From NCBI GenBank assembly GCA_026770705.1, contig JANJGN010000026.1, positions 23,064,001-23,128,000 on the forward strand: DNA of 64,000 nucleotides, in the 5' to 3' direction. Source of the DNA: Isurus oxyrinchus. Taxonomy: Eukaryota. Position 1 is the stretch's first letter; each line of letters opens with the position of its first letter. The position numbers were made by a program, and so were the translations under genes. Below, one piece after another: positions 51,061-64,000 of this stretch. Below the pieces are notes generated by a model. It had not been told where the DNA came from and ran no database searches. It saw only the letters and a list, made by a program, of their open reading frames with translations.

Positions 51061-51416
51061 AAAGAAATAGAAACAGTGTCGGGTTGGTCGCTTAGGAGAG
51101 TGTCTCTCATAAAGAGAAGTGCTTCCTCTCACTTTCCTCCACCCGGAGCGGAAGAAGCTGCTGGTCTTCAGACAAGCTGATCGGTTCAGGCGTGAACCGC
51201 AGGGGAAATGAACAGGGGACCAACAACCCTCCTCCTTATATCCGATGAACAATATCAATTTCCAGCCAATTAGGAACTGGAAAAATAAACACGTGACCGA
51301 GACATTGAATATCTTTCCTTGACTTCAATCAGCCAACATTTTAATCTCTTCACCCGATTCCTTTTCTTCCGCTGTAAGCTGTGTCCCGTTTTCGTATTGA
51401 CATTGTCATAGCAAGC

Positions 51417-51890
51417 ATGTGTTGTGTTGCACAGTTAAATCTATTATCCGTCATCCTGGCGATGCGAACAGGTCGGCACAGGACAGTGACCCAATGACCC
51501 AGAGTGAGCTTTTCATTATTAATCTCGTTGTTCCAATGTTTCATGCCCTGAATATTTTTCCAGGTCGATGTCTCTCGGACTGTGTGCTTCAATCTCCCGC
51601 TTCGAAAACAGCCCAAAGCTGGGATTTTGCAGTTGGACTGCAGCTACGAGTTGTCCGACTTCTACGTGATGCATTGGTGCAGACAGAAATTCGGTCAGGG
51701 ACTGGAATGGATTATAAGGCAGATATCGACTGGCAAGGAGAGAAGCGGGCGATTTGAACCGAATCTTTCCGAGTCGGAGAAACGCGGCCAATTGCTTATT
51801 GTAGACACGGGGAACGCCGATGCCGCGGTTTATTACTGTGTGGCTGAGCCCCACACTAAGACAAAACGCGGCAGTCACTGTACAAAAACC
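51417..51890 (+). pseudogene. V segment with Ig-heavy-like FR2 and one FR1 frameshift (leader 51417-51471, V exon 51564-51851, RSS 51852-51890)
   Basis: Leader MCCVAQLNLLSVILAMRT + g|gtcggc; GRCLSDCVLQSPASKTAQ/frameshift/AGILQLDCSYELSDFYVMHWCRQKFGQGLEWIIRQISTGKERSGRFEPNLSESEKRGQLLIVDTGNADAAVYYCVAEP; RSS CACACTA-23-ACAAAAACC. Confidence 0.88.
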
Positions 51891-53349
51891 TCGCTCCTGG
51901 TTACAGTTCCGGGAGAGCGGCAGCAATCTCTCTGATAGCACAAGGCGGGCCAGGCGGCTCGGAGCATGAACAGCTAACGGGAGGGACGGGCAGAGCTGCC
52001 ACGGGTTGTCTATTAAGTAATAATAGAGAGGATTTTCATCAGAGATACTGATGCTCACAGCAGGTAGTGTCGGACTGGGAGGAGCGGGGTGGGGGGGGGT
52101 GGGGGTGGGGGGGGGGAGGTGGGGGGCAGTTAGTCAGTACAGTCTTTGCTACGTGGGGAGCTTCATTGTCTGATTGTATCCCAGGGAACCGAGAGAGATC
52201 CTGAGAGTTTATTTTATGCCGTTGTGTGATGATTCTTAAAGAACATCAGTATAATTATACCGTAAAATCCGCCCTTAACCTGAAGTGTCCGCAATGTGGG
52301 CATATTTACTCGTCCCAAGCTGTAGCTATCTCAAAGAATGCGCCTGCGATTGTCCTGCGGGTGATGTTACCCCCTCCCCTCTTGTGTCTCGCCCGCAGAA
52401 AGTTAACCAAATTCGAGACACAAACAGAAAATGCTGGAAATACAACCAGAAACAGAGTGGAGGTTCCAGTCTGTGACCTTTCACCTGAAATCTGCAACTC
52501 CGCAAACTGAGTTCAGGTGAAATGTCGCGGACCTGAAACCTTAGCAATGATTCGCTCTGCGCCGATGCTTCCCGGCCTGCCGAGTATGTCCATAACTTTC
52601 TGTTTTTATATCCCAAACTGGTACTGCCCTCGAGAGGCGACTCGTTGTAAACATTTCCAAAGCCAGTTGAGAAGAGGCAGGTTATTTTAAAGAACAGAAT
52701 AAAACATTTCAAAATGGCCATCACAAAAAGTGCAATCATGTTCCAATTTTCCACATAGATCATGAGGTACTTCAATGCAATCAATGAACATTACAGACAT
52801 TTCACCATGGTTATTACGGACAGTCAAGATAGTGCAATGATATTCAGTAAGGTCATGTGTGATCTGACTGTAACCTGCCACCTACCCCCGGTTATCTTCC
52901 ACTCCCTTGTTTATCAAAAATCGAGCTACCTCTGCCTTGAAAACATTCAAGGACTCTGCTTCCCTTGCCCTTTAAGGAATGGCCCTACTGTTATAGAAAC
53001 AGAGGTATTGCTGATAAAAGCGCCATGCTGTCGCAACATTTCACCAGGCACTCGTCAGGACAGTTATGCAACAATAATCTGTCCTGCTGAGTGCGAAACG
53101 AAAAGCTTCGACAGCATTTCCCTTTTTTCAGCCATGTTCAAGTTCTATTTCGTTTTCCAAGGAACCTTCCTAACTCACAACAGTTAAAACTTGTGTTGCC
53201 GAATATATTGCTGCATTCATCTCCTGTTGTTGTTTGTACAACTGGACAGGTTTCTCAAGTTCTGCACTAACGAACAAAGGTATTGTCCACTGCCCCTGGG
53301 TGGGCGCAAATTAAAACGACACTGGTTAATTGACGTTACAGGTTAGCTA

Positions 53350-54100
53350 GAAAAGTAAATAATGAGGAGGAGGCTAAAATTTTGGTAAGGAATACCGACA
53401 AGTTAAATGAGTGGAAAAACCAAAGAAGATTGACAAATTATGAAATTATACACGTTGGGAGGGAAAATTTGGAAAACAAAACCAAGGATATTGCAAATTG
53501 TGAGAGAGTGTTGGCAATCAGTGGGCGCAGTGTGCTCTGCAGGTCACAGGAAGCTGACATGCTGCCACAGCATAAATTAGGAAACCAAATGGTGTGTTAG
53601 CCTTTCTTAACAATGGATGATATTTCAAGAGTTAAGTAGCCTTTTTGTAATTGTATAGGGCCTTGGTGAGAATACCTAGAGTGCTGTTTACAGTTTTAGT
53701 CTCCTTAGCTAAGGAAGGCTATACCAATCATGGAGGGAGTGCGGCAAGGGTTGACTAGATTGATTCCTGGCATGAGGTGGTTGTCCCATGAGGGTAGGTT
53801 AATGTGACTGTGCGCATATTCAACTGAAATTCTTAAGAGTATTGATAGAATATATGCTGGGAGGAATTTACCCTGACTGGGGAATCTAGAATTAAGGTTC
53901 ACATTCGCAGAATAATGGGTCGAACATTTAGAGCTGAGGTTTCTGCGCTCCATTGAATGTTCAGTGTTTACATATATAGAAGGTAAAGATCAATAGACTT
54001 TCAGATATAAAGAGAATTAAAGGACACAGGGAAAGTGCAGGATTGTGAAATTGATACAGAAGATCAGCCATGTATTTATTGCTCAGTGATGAAGACTCGA
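53350..54100 (+). mobile_element. Decayed CR1 3' fragment
   Basis: Similarity to the CR1 ORF2 end (cttggtgagaatacctagagtgctg; ggttgactagattgattcctggcatgagg). Confidence 0.65.
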
Positions 54101-54999
54101 AGGATCGATAACCTAATCTATTCCTCTTTCTTAGGTTTTTATGTAGAACTGTTTCATTATTTCTCCAGCAAATAGAAGACGTAGTTTGGTGCAGTAATTA
54201 ATGTTACGATGTCTCGTACAATATTAAAAAAAATATGATACAGTGCAATTGAAACAAACAGTGACTTACTCTAATGCAGTAATAACAGAAATAGATCCTC
54301 GTGGTATGAACAGAAACTCAGTTTGGCTGCCACTAGGTGTCTGCAGTTTGCGATGGCACCAGTCCAGATCTGCCTTGTTATTTCTACACGTGCGTTTATT
54401 TTCAGCACTGATCCGAAGTTTGGCGTCTAACCTTTGTGAAAATGGTGTTGAAAGTTGTTGTCTGTCACATTATCAAATCAACAAACACTGACCTACCACC
54501 CCATCGCAATCCGTGGGAGGTCAAGATGGATTTAAAGTGCAACTAATTGCACATGAACCTTTCTGATTTGAGCACAGAAGTTCCAGCGGTGGAGCAAAGG
54601 GTCTCGCATCAGAGTAATGTATCTCTGATTATTTTGGTTGAAGGAAGGAATGTCGACCAGGATATAGAGCAGGACCCACCTCAATAGACAAGGGTGAAAT
54701 GGGATTATTGGTTCATGATGTCCCGAAAAGATAATGACCTTTCAGTACCCCGATTACAAGTCTGGTAATGATGCTCCGGTTCTGAAGTTGAGTTGTGATC
54801 CACAATCTGCTGATTTTGAAATCAGAATCAAGTCACTTTAACTACTAAACTGCTGAAAAGGTTCATGTAATATGTAATACCTGCATTTTTACCATGACAT
54901 TCGGTAATGCAGTTGCTGCTAATAAGACAAATAACAAAGCCAAGGTCAATGATTAGTGCAATTTCAATTCATAAAATCATGGAAGCTTACAGCAAAGGT

Positions 55000-55450
55000 A
55001 GAGACTGTTTATTCCACCAGAACTCTGCCCGCTCTCCAGAAAAAGCTCTACTACTCTTTCTGTAAAGCCCTGCACATTTTTTTCAATTTCAAGTATATAT
55101 GGGTTTCCCTTATGAAAGTTCCAAATGAATAGGCTTCTATCTCCCTTTCCAGAAGTACACTCTAGTTCATAACAATTGCTCCATTAAAATATTACTGTAT
55201 ATTCCCTTACGAACTGTCGGAACTCTTTCTTCTGCCCACGGATCCTCCTGCAAGTGGAATTAATACCTCACCAACAACTCTGTCAAAAGCCTTCGTAAAT
55301 TTAAACACCTCTATTATATCACCCTTGACATTCTCTGCTCCAAGAAGACCAATCCCAGTTTCTCTAACCTCTTCATATAATTGAAGTCCCTCATCCCTGG
55401 CACAATTCCCGTACATTTTTTCTCAACCTTTTCCAAGACTGTGACATTCT
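55000..55450 (-). mobile_element. Decayed CR1 3' fragment
   Basis: Minus-strand KGDIIEVFKFTKAFDRV..LIPLAGGS. Confidence 0.65.
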
Positions 55451-56099
55451 TTGGAAAGTGTCGATTCAAATAAATTCAAAATGTATATCTCCTTCAGATA
55501 ATTTTTAACGAAGCATACTCGGTTCAAATTAAGACGAGCAGTATCAATATGATATTACGTTCTCCTGTGTGCTGAACAAATTGGTTTCTCCCTAATTCAA
55601 ATGTCAATAAGATCACTGTCGCCACCTGATGAACACCTTCTGCTGCAGGTCGGGGAGTTTATCTGAAATGACACAAAATTCTATTCGCAATCATATCCAC
55701 TTACAGAGTGAATTTCACTCAGAGGAGTGTCTCAGAGCAAACCACGAGGTGTAAGAGATCAAGCGGAATTAAGTGCGGTAGAGCCAATATTGCTGTCAAA
55801 AATTCTGAGAGGTTTTCAATGGGTAATTGTATATTTATTTAACAAGAAACTGGCCATGAAGAAAGAAGCCAATATGTTTCTTCTGGTGGATTGGGATGAA
55901 CAGCTACATTTAAGTTTCTTGTGGCGGCGATTGACTTGTTGATGCCATATTAAAAGTTGGTACAATGAACGCTAAGCGCATCGAAACGGATCACATTTGA
56001 CAGATATTTTCAATGCACGATTGTAATATGGCGACATTTTTCGCCAAGAGACTGAATTTCCCCTTTTACACATATTTCCATTGAACGAGACAGGCACAC

Positions 56100-56770
56100 G
56101 GGTGATCGAATCAGGGGAATGGTCTGGCGTAATATAAACAGACACAGGGTCTAGCGTATTATAAATCTCGACACAGCATCTGATGTAATATAAATAGTGA
56201 CATGTTTTTATTCAATAAATCTGGCGCAGGGCCTCACGTAATATAAAAATATTCTAAAGAAAATAAAAATGTTCTTAAATAATCAACTATCGTTTAAGAG
56301 CGCCATGAGTTGTATCTCTGTGGCGTAATGGACAACGTGTTGGACTTTTAGTTTTTAATAATTAAGACATTCAAAGGTTGTGGGGTCGAATCCTACCAGA
56401 GTCGAATTTTACGGCAAAATTAAAGGCAAACTCGTCAATGATCTAAACCGACAAATATCCTGCAGCAGGAATAACTGAGGCAGGATCTGGTGCCGCCGAA
56501 AGCGAAGCGTGCTCAATGTTGGAATAATTGAGACCATCTCTTCTGTGATATAAACAAATGATTCATCCATCGCAGTAATAACAGAAGCTGTGCTTCATAT
56601 TATATTAACGGAGAAAGAAGACCGTGTTGTATACAGAGAGGGGGACACGTATTATAAGCGGAGCTGGCCTAATGCACTAATAAGTGAGACAGAGTCTCGT
56701 GAAATATAAACAGAAGAATGGTCCAGTGTAGTGATAACAAATGAAGGGTCCAGGCCAGTATAAACTTAAT
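56100..56770 (-). repeat. Degenerate ~27-30 bp tandem array, inverted orientation
   Basis: aatataaacagacacagggtctag-like units. Confidence 0.65.
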
Positions 56771-59583
56771 TCTTATATTAATCTAATAAATAATCGGGAG
56801 CAGTACATATAACTCAGTATAATCTCCTGCCTAATTCCGCCAGAATCTGGTCCGAGATAAGATTTCCATTTGCCTGACCTATCGAATCACCCCTTTTATC
56901 AACAATCTACTAAAATACAATTATCTGAGGTCACATTGATTACCTCGATTAGGGGCAGCACGACCACATCCACTGGACATTCGATGGCATGACCTACAGT
57001 GAATTCTCCACCATTAACATCCTGAACTGAGCCTCCCACAATAACACGCCACAGGCCGATGCTCCCAATCGTGGCTGGAGTATGTGGAGCCTGGAGAATG
57101 GACTGCAGGAACACACCAAGCCTTCTTTCGAAGTATCACCCAAATCAATGATCTCAATCATTCAGAAGAGCAGCGGATGCCTGGGGAAACATCCACTCTC
57201 CCCTCCAAACCATATCCCATTCCAACTTGTAAATATGTTGCTGGTCCTTCATTGTCCCTGGGGTCTAATTTTGTAACACCCTTGCTAAAGACACCGTGGG
57301 TACATCTTTAGCTGCTGTGAATCGTGAAGGCTGCTCACCACCACCTTCTCAGTGACAACGAGAAATTTGCACTAAATGCCGGCCTTGTTCGCGATGCCCA
57401 CATCCGAGAATTATTGTGTAGCAATGCGAGAAACAGCGGGCACAGAATGACAAACACCAGGGGCTATATTACACGATTTCTGTCATTCGTTCTTTCGTTC
57501 ACTTATACTCCATACTCTTCCCTTTCGTTTTTCTTCTTTCTCTATATCAGTCTTTCTCTTTTATCCCCCACTTTCTCTTGCGCACTTACATACGTTAATT
57601 CGCTTTCTACAGTTGTTTTGCATAACACGAGTATTATTGTTTGAGCAAGAGGGACAAGGCAGTAATGATGGGGTGAAGCGTCACACACAAACCCTGCCCA
57701 GCGTAGTGGCAGCTATGGGAAGAGACGTGTTTTGGTTAGAGATATGACCCAAGTCAGTATGTTCCATCAGCAGCTCCACTTGATGTCGGTACAAAGGCTT
57801 GGTTTGTGGTGAGGGGGCAACGCAGAATTTGCAGCCAGCAGTTCGCCCATCATCCACCTTGCCAATGTTACGAATGGGAGGCATGAAACCATGGGTTAAT
57901 CTGTTTGTTTACTGAACTGTAACTAAGGTGCATGTAATTGTCCCTCAGGAGACTCTCATTCGGAATAAATGAGGGACGCTTTAAATGCCTCGCAGAACTG
58001 AAATCTGCAGCTTCGAGAATCCATTTAGTTTCTGAGAGACGATGCACGGGCCAGCGAAAGGCCTATACTTTGCCCTTTGCTATCCCATTCTCCCTGTTCT
58101 TGGTGCCCCCGGTAAGTGATGGATCTCAAGTAAGTTATTTATGTTTTTTTGTAAATCCCCAGAAAGTTTGTCTCGTCCCTTTCAGGGTCGGGATGATTAT
58201 TTCTCTAATATTCATTGCTGTCAGTGTGTTAAGGGCCTCAACCGGGTTCCGGTGTCTTCTATGGGATTATACTGTGTTATGGTGAATTATAGAGCATAAC
58301 TTGTACTTGCATTGTGTAGCATTACAAGATACTATTCAATTGATTTAAAGGAATACCGTTTATTGGATTGCTGAAATATGAATTGCAATGTGTGGCTTTG
58401 CATGAACATTAACCTGTTGTATCGTTGAACACAATGCAATCTAGTGTTTTAAGTGTTGTGCGGAATAAAAGCATATCACAATATAGTAACATATATTTTC
58501 GTGCACATATATCTTACCACAGCATTAGAAAACGAATTGCAGTGAAAGAATTATATTAGATGAACTGCAGTATAAAAATAAGTTTAGCAACTACACTAAT
58601 GTACTTTTCAACCGGTGAAAGAATATAACAGTTACAGTACAGTGAGTTCCCACTGGACAATCCCGATTGTTAGTGTAGCCTTAGCAATTCATTATGGAAA
58701 CGTTTGAAAGATGTTATTGGAGATTTGAAATTATTGATCTATTATGTATTTTGCGTTTTGCTAGTTGGTTTTGCACATTTTGAACAATGATATGTTTTAA
58801 TCATCCACGGAGTGTGGGTGTAACCGGTATGGTCAAAGTTTATCGCTCATCATTATTTCTCACTTGAAAGGTGGAGCTGCGCTTGTTTCTTCAGTCACTG
58901 CAGTGTGTATGGTGGGGATGCTTCACAGAACCCTGAATAAATACATGTAATACAGAACACCAGGAAGAGATATTTAACCCAAAGTTTGATAAAAGAAGGA
59001 ATGAGAGAGGGAGCCGCTGAGAGAGGGAATTAAAGAGATGAGGGCCTCAGCAGCTACAAGTGCAACCGCTACTAATGGAAAGGTTAATTTAAGAGATAAA
59101 CGAGAGAGCAGAATAGGACATACACTGAGATCTGAGATAGCTGCAGCTGTACAGGGATTGGGAGAGGTGATGAAACGGAGGGATTCCAAAATTGGAAGGG
59201 GGAGAGTATTAAAACTGAGACGTTGCTGCCTGATAACCAATCTATATTAGTGAGCAGAGGCTTAATGGGAGGATGGGTATTGCTTTGACAATGACCATTG
59301 GCAGCACATGTTTCGGATGATCTTAATTTAGATAACTAGGCCTTGGGATTGACTCAGTGGCTAGAAAGCAGAATTTGTGGTGGAGACTGATTGAAATGCC
59401 GTCTGCATTGACAAGTGTTTTGTGCAGCACTGGATATCGAACACTGACCAAAGGCTTTGTAACAGCTGGATTCTGGAGATGGCAGAGGGGCGGATCAGGG
59501 GGCATTCAGTAACTGTTTGCATGAGGGAGTAGCCATTGTTTGGAGTCCACTCTGTAACATCTCTCTCTCTTGATCTCTTAAAC

Positions 59584-60466
59584 CCAACTTGCTAGGGATC
59601 GTAATTCTATCCCGAGGACGGTGTGGACTCTCCCATTGTATCAGCTACTACCTGCTGGTGATAGCAGTGAGCGATTTCCTGGTCATCATCACCGCCGTCA
59701 GCCTCAACCGGATCGGCCAGATCTACTTTCAGGACAGTATCCTGCCCACCATTCCCGCATGCACACTCATCAACCTTTGCCATCCGGGAGGGCTCAGTCT
59801 GGCTGACTGTGGCCTTCACCATCGACTGTTTCATGGCCATCTGCTGTCAGAGCCTGAAGGCCAGATACTGCACAGAGAAAATTGCATTGCTGGCTATAGG
59901 ACTGGTCAGTGCCCTGAGCTGCGTGAGGAAAATCCCTTATTACTTCACCTACCAGCCCTTTTCCGTCCAGGATAGAGTGCCCTGGTTCGGCGAACTCAAG
60001 TCCACCTATTACATTTTTCCCATTTGGCAGGCCTATGACTGGCTGGGCCATATCTTAACTCCTTTCCTCCCATTCCTCCTCATTCTTCTGCTCAATGGTC
60101 TAATCATAAGGCACATCTTCGCGGCCAGCAGAGCCCACAGGATTCTTCAGGGAGCCGCGAGTAATGGAGACGTGGAGATGGTCAATCGTGAGAGGTCCAT
60201 TGTCCTGCTTTTTCGCCATCTCACTCAGCTTCTTCCTCCTCTGGGCCACCTGTCTCGGACATTTCCTCCATGTTCGGATCACAGGCGAGGGCTACGTCAC
60301 CTGCCTGGATGTCAGTGACCCGTGGTACATCCTTCAGGAGACAACCAACATGCTCCAGTTAGTTAGTTCCTGCAACAATGTTTTCATCTACGTGGTGACC
60401 CAGAATAAGGAGGAGCTGAAGAAGTTGCTGATTTGTCCCCTTCACCACGGTCACTGGTTATTTTAA
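59584..60466 (+). pseudogene. Exon 2 of GPR139-like class A GPCR pseudogene
   Basis: NLLGIVILSRGRCGLSHCISYYLLVIAVSDFLVII..SVWLTVAFTIDCFMAICC..FLPFLLILLLNGLIIRHIFAASR..RSIVLL..MLQLVSSCNNVFIYVVTQ; frameshifts at ~59775 and ~60210; no AG at the expected acceptor (cttaaac|cc). Confidence 0.88.
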
Positions 60467-60997
60467 ACAGTTAAAACATCTAAAACTTCCTCGTACTAAT
60501 TGACTTCCAACACAGTGGTTCAGTATATAGCAGCACTCCCTCTCTCTCTCTCTTTCCCACTTTTTCACACTCTCTCGCTCTCTCTCTCTCTGCCTCCAGA
60601 ACCAGAAAGTCCTGGGCTGTAGCTCCTTTACTTGAGAGATGTCAGGCCCATACTCCAGCGCCGACAGTGCCCCTGTGGCCCTGAATGAACCCTGAACTAT
60701 CACACTTACTGCCTTCCTGGTTGAGATACGAAGCCACTGCGAGTATCTGCCCTCTCATGTGGAATGTGAATACCCCACGGTCGCAATTTCAAAAATGAGC
60801 AGGAAGAGCTTGCCCCGGCTTCCTACAATAATTGTCCTTCATTTCATACCATTGAAACCAGCGATCTGATGATTTTTCCAATTACGTTTGTGGAATCTTG
60901 CTCTGTGAACATTTGCTGACGTGTTTCCCACATTACACTGGATTGGCAGGAAAGCATTTTGGGAAATCCTGAGGCCCCTTCTTTTCATCTTCATTTC

Positions 60998-61598
60998 NNN
61001 NNNNNNNNNNNNNNNNNNNNNNNNNNNNNNNNNNNNNNNNNNNNNNNNNNNNNNNNNNNNNNNNNNNNNNNNNNNNNNNNNNNNNNNNNNNNNNNNNNNN
61101 NNNNNNNNNNNNNNNNNNNNNNNNNNNNNNNNNNNNNNNNNNNNNNNNNNNNNNNNNNNNNNNNNNNNNNNNNNNNNNNNNNNNNNNNNNNNNNNNNNNN
61201 NNNNNNNNNNNNNNNNNNNNNNNNNNNNNNNNNNNNNNNNNNNNNNNNNNNNNNNNNNNNNNNNNNNNNNNNNNNNNNNNNNNNNNNNNNNNNNNNNNNN
61301 NNNNNNNNNNNNNNNNNNNNNNNNNNNNNNNNNNNNNNNNNNNNNNNNNNNNNNNNNNNNNNNNNNNNNNNNNNNNNNNNNNNNNNNNNNNNNNNNNNNN
61401 NNNNNNNNNNNNNNNNNNNNNNNNNNNNNNNNNNNNNNNNNNNNNNNNNNNNNNNNNNNNNNNNNNNNNNNNNNNNNNNNNNNNNNNNNNNNNNNNNNNN
61501 NNNNNNNNNNNNNNNNNNNNNNNNNNNNNNNNNNNNNNNNNNNNNNNNNNNNNNNNNNNNNNNNNNNNNNNNNNNNNNNNNNNNNNNNNNNNNNNNNN
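60998..61598. other. Assembly gap (601 N)
   Basis: Run of n. Confidence 1.
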
Positions 61599-61659
61599 CT
61601 TTCTCCCACTTTACAGACACAATTTCCACTAACATTGCTCTTGACACTTAAAAAATAGG

Positions 61660-61856
61660 GGGTGGGTTTTTAAGCAGTGAATGGTGATTTGGATTCTGCT
61701 GCCTGAAAGGGAGCTGGACACAAGTTCTATTACAAGTTTCAAAACTTAATTTAACAAACACTAAGGCTAAATTTTGTTAAGAAAAAGTAACTATAACTAA
61801 CTGAGTTGCTCTTTCAGAGGCCGGGTATACAAGCCGTGACCAACTGATCTGTTGAT

Positions 61857-61906
<50 letters not shown>

Positions 61907-62600
61907 ACATCCTTTGCCTTTTGGTTATAAGTAGCAATATTCGCGACCTCTGGCCACTCGAACCATCTTTCTCGGTGAAGAAAGTGTTTTTTGAGAAACG
62001 CTGCAACAAATTTGTGCAGCGGCAGGTCCCTAATCTCATTCTTATCGCTGAAAAGCATCCACCTGTTCATCGTTGTTTGCGGTGAGGGGCTTATCTTGTG
62101 AAAAAATCGTGAATAGCTTGAATCAATAGCCAGTGGATTTTAGAAGAATAAGAGGTGATCTTACTGAAACATAGAGGATCCTAAGGCGGAGGGTGGCAGT
62201 GAGTGGATGGGGGCGGGGGCCGTTGTGGGGTTGTGGGGGGTGGTACATCTGGACAAGGCAGATACCAGGAGGATGTTTACACTTGTGGGAGTGACCAGAT
62301 CGAGGGGGCAGAGTTTAGGAATAAGAGGCCTACCTTTAAGACGGAGATGAGGGAATTTGTTCTTCTCTCAGAAAGTCGTTAGTATGTGAAATTCTCTTTC
62401 CAAGAAGGCACTGGAGGCTGAGCAGTAAATGTATTCAAGGATGAATTATATTTTGCTAACACCATGAGTTTGACAGGTTTTTTGATAGACAGGGGTTTTA
62501 AGGTGCAGACGAGTAAGTGGAGTTGAGACCACAAGCAGATCAGGTATGTAATGGAGGGATTGGTGGATTAGGCCCCTAGGGCTGAATGACCTACTCCTGC
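61660..62600 (+). mobile_element. Decayed CR1 3' fragments with a (CA)n microsatellite
   Basis: ttagaagaataagaggtgatcttactgaaac and gagatgagggaatttgttcttctctcagaaagtc. Confidence 0.6.
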
Positions 62601-64000
62601 TCCTAAGTCCCACGGTCATATTTTCATATGTTTTGGAAGAGAGTATGGATGGGTTTGGGAGGTTTGAAACACAGAATGACAATTTCATGGTCTGGTATAA
62701 TATGAACAATGACGTGGAACGGCCTCGGGTGATAGGAACTGAACAATTGTCTAGCGCAGCATGAACCAAGCCAAAATATGCCCTGACATAATCATAGGAT
62801 AAGAACTAATCTTATCAAAGCTGATGTGGTTTAATGTAATCGGGACAAGGTCTGATATGTCGATAACAGAGATAGGAACTAATCAAATATAAAAGTGGAC
62901 ATGATTCGCTGAAAACTGAGAAAGGGACTTGCATTATGTAAACAGAGACACACTAAAGTACAATGATAATTGAAAACTTGTGTGAGATAAACCAAGACAT
63001 TGCCTTGCACAGTGTGAAATAAGGCAGGGTCTACTGTGATAATACAAGTAACATGCTTTTGCAAACATTCAGGATGATGTGTTTCAGGATGATGACTACA
63101 CATGTACTCTACATACGAAATAAGCAAACATGCATAATGCAACACATGCGTACATGGTTTACTTTAACACACACACACCTACACACAATCACACAGACAC
63201 ACACGCGCACACACACACACGCACACACACACACACATACACACACACACAAACACACACAGAATTGGTAGGGCACAATCGGAGATTGATAAAAGATTCA
63301 CCCCAACCTTTCAACCAAACATTACATTCTCAGGAACTCAGAAAGCGCTAAGTCTCAACTAATTTCCAAATATAGTCGATATAGTAATGCAGGAAATGTT
63401 ATTTAAACAGAGGGAGGTGTACAATCATTTGTGGTGACAACATGATCAACATATCTCAACAAATTAGATTAAGAAATTGCTCGCCCTTTTCTTCTGACTG
63501 CCCAGTGTCATTGTGCCAAAGCCCACTGTCTAATTCGTCTTTGCCACAACACCTGCAATTTATGTACAAGCTCTTGCCCTGAATGTGCCATTCTATGAAG
63601 TGAAGTGTTGTGGAACACGGATATTTCCTGTAATTTCCATCTGTGAGCCGTGACACTGGTAAACTGACAGTTCTGCAAGTTTCAGCCAAAGCTGAAGTGC
63701 TGGGGCCCCATCCAGTAACCTGCAGAAAGCAATGATTCTTAATTTCTACCCGAATATTGCTGCATGATTTTGCTGAAGTATTATTACGTCAGATTATTAT
63801 AATATTATTATTACTTTGGTTTTATTATTACCGTATCATGTCTGCTTATTGCTTTCTATTTCCTGCTGTTCCTCCTTTGCAGTAATTGTGAGATTATTTG
63901 GCTCAGTCCTCTCATGTGCCTAATTGATTAACAAAATAGATGTTCATTTGCATTGACATCAATACTTCCACTATTATACGGTTGGATTGCAATTTCGTAA

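Noticed and set aside
60839-61658. Long ORFs of 218-256 aa
   Set aside because: Artefacts of the N gap.

Overview
Vertebrate genomic DNA, almost certainly cartilaginous fish (shark), from the V region of a T-cell receptor alpha/delta locus. The core is two paralogous NAR-TCR cassettes on the + strand. Each has a leader, an IgNAR-like V with 23-RSS, a D flanked by 12-RSSs, a J with 23-RSS, and, several kb downstream, a leaderless 'supporting' Vdelta with 23-RSS. Cassette 1 (22625-28580) looks intact. In cassette 2 (43170-50420) all four segments are disabled. Both supporting Vdeltas are followed by a 62-bp-period tandem array of extra 23-RSSs, the most unusual structure here. Four further defective V segments are present, two of them inverted. 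A two-exon GPR139-like GPCR pseudogene appears to span about 27 kb of the V array. The rest is CR1 LINEs (one near full length), two Penelope-like elements inserted independently at nearly the same paralogous site, SINEs, degenerate ~27-30-bp tandem arrays, CTCF-like and CRE-like motifs, and a 601-bp N gap. No TCR delta D/J/C or alpha J/C segments were seen. All alignments and translations were done by eye; repeat boundaries are approximate.
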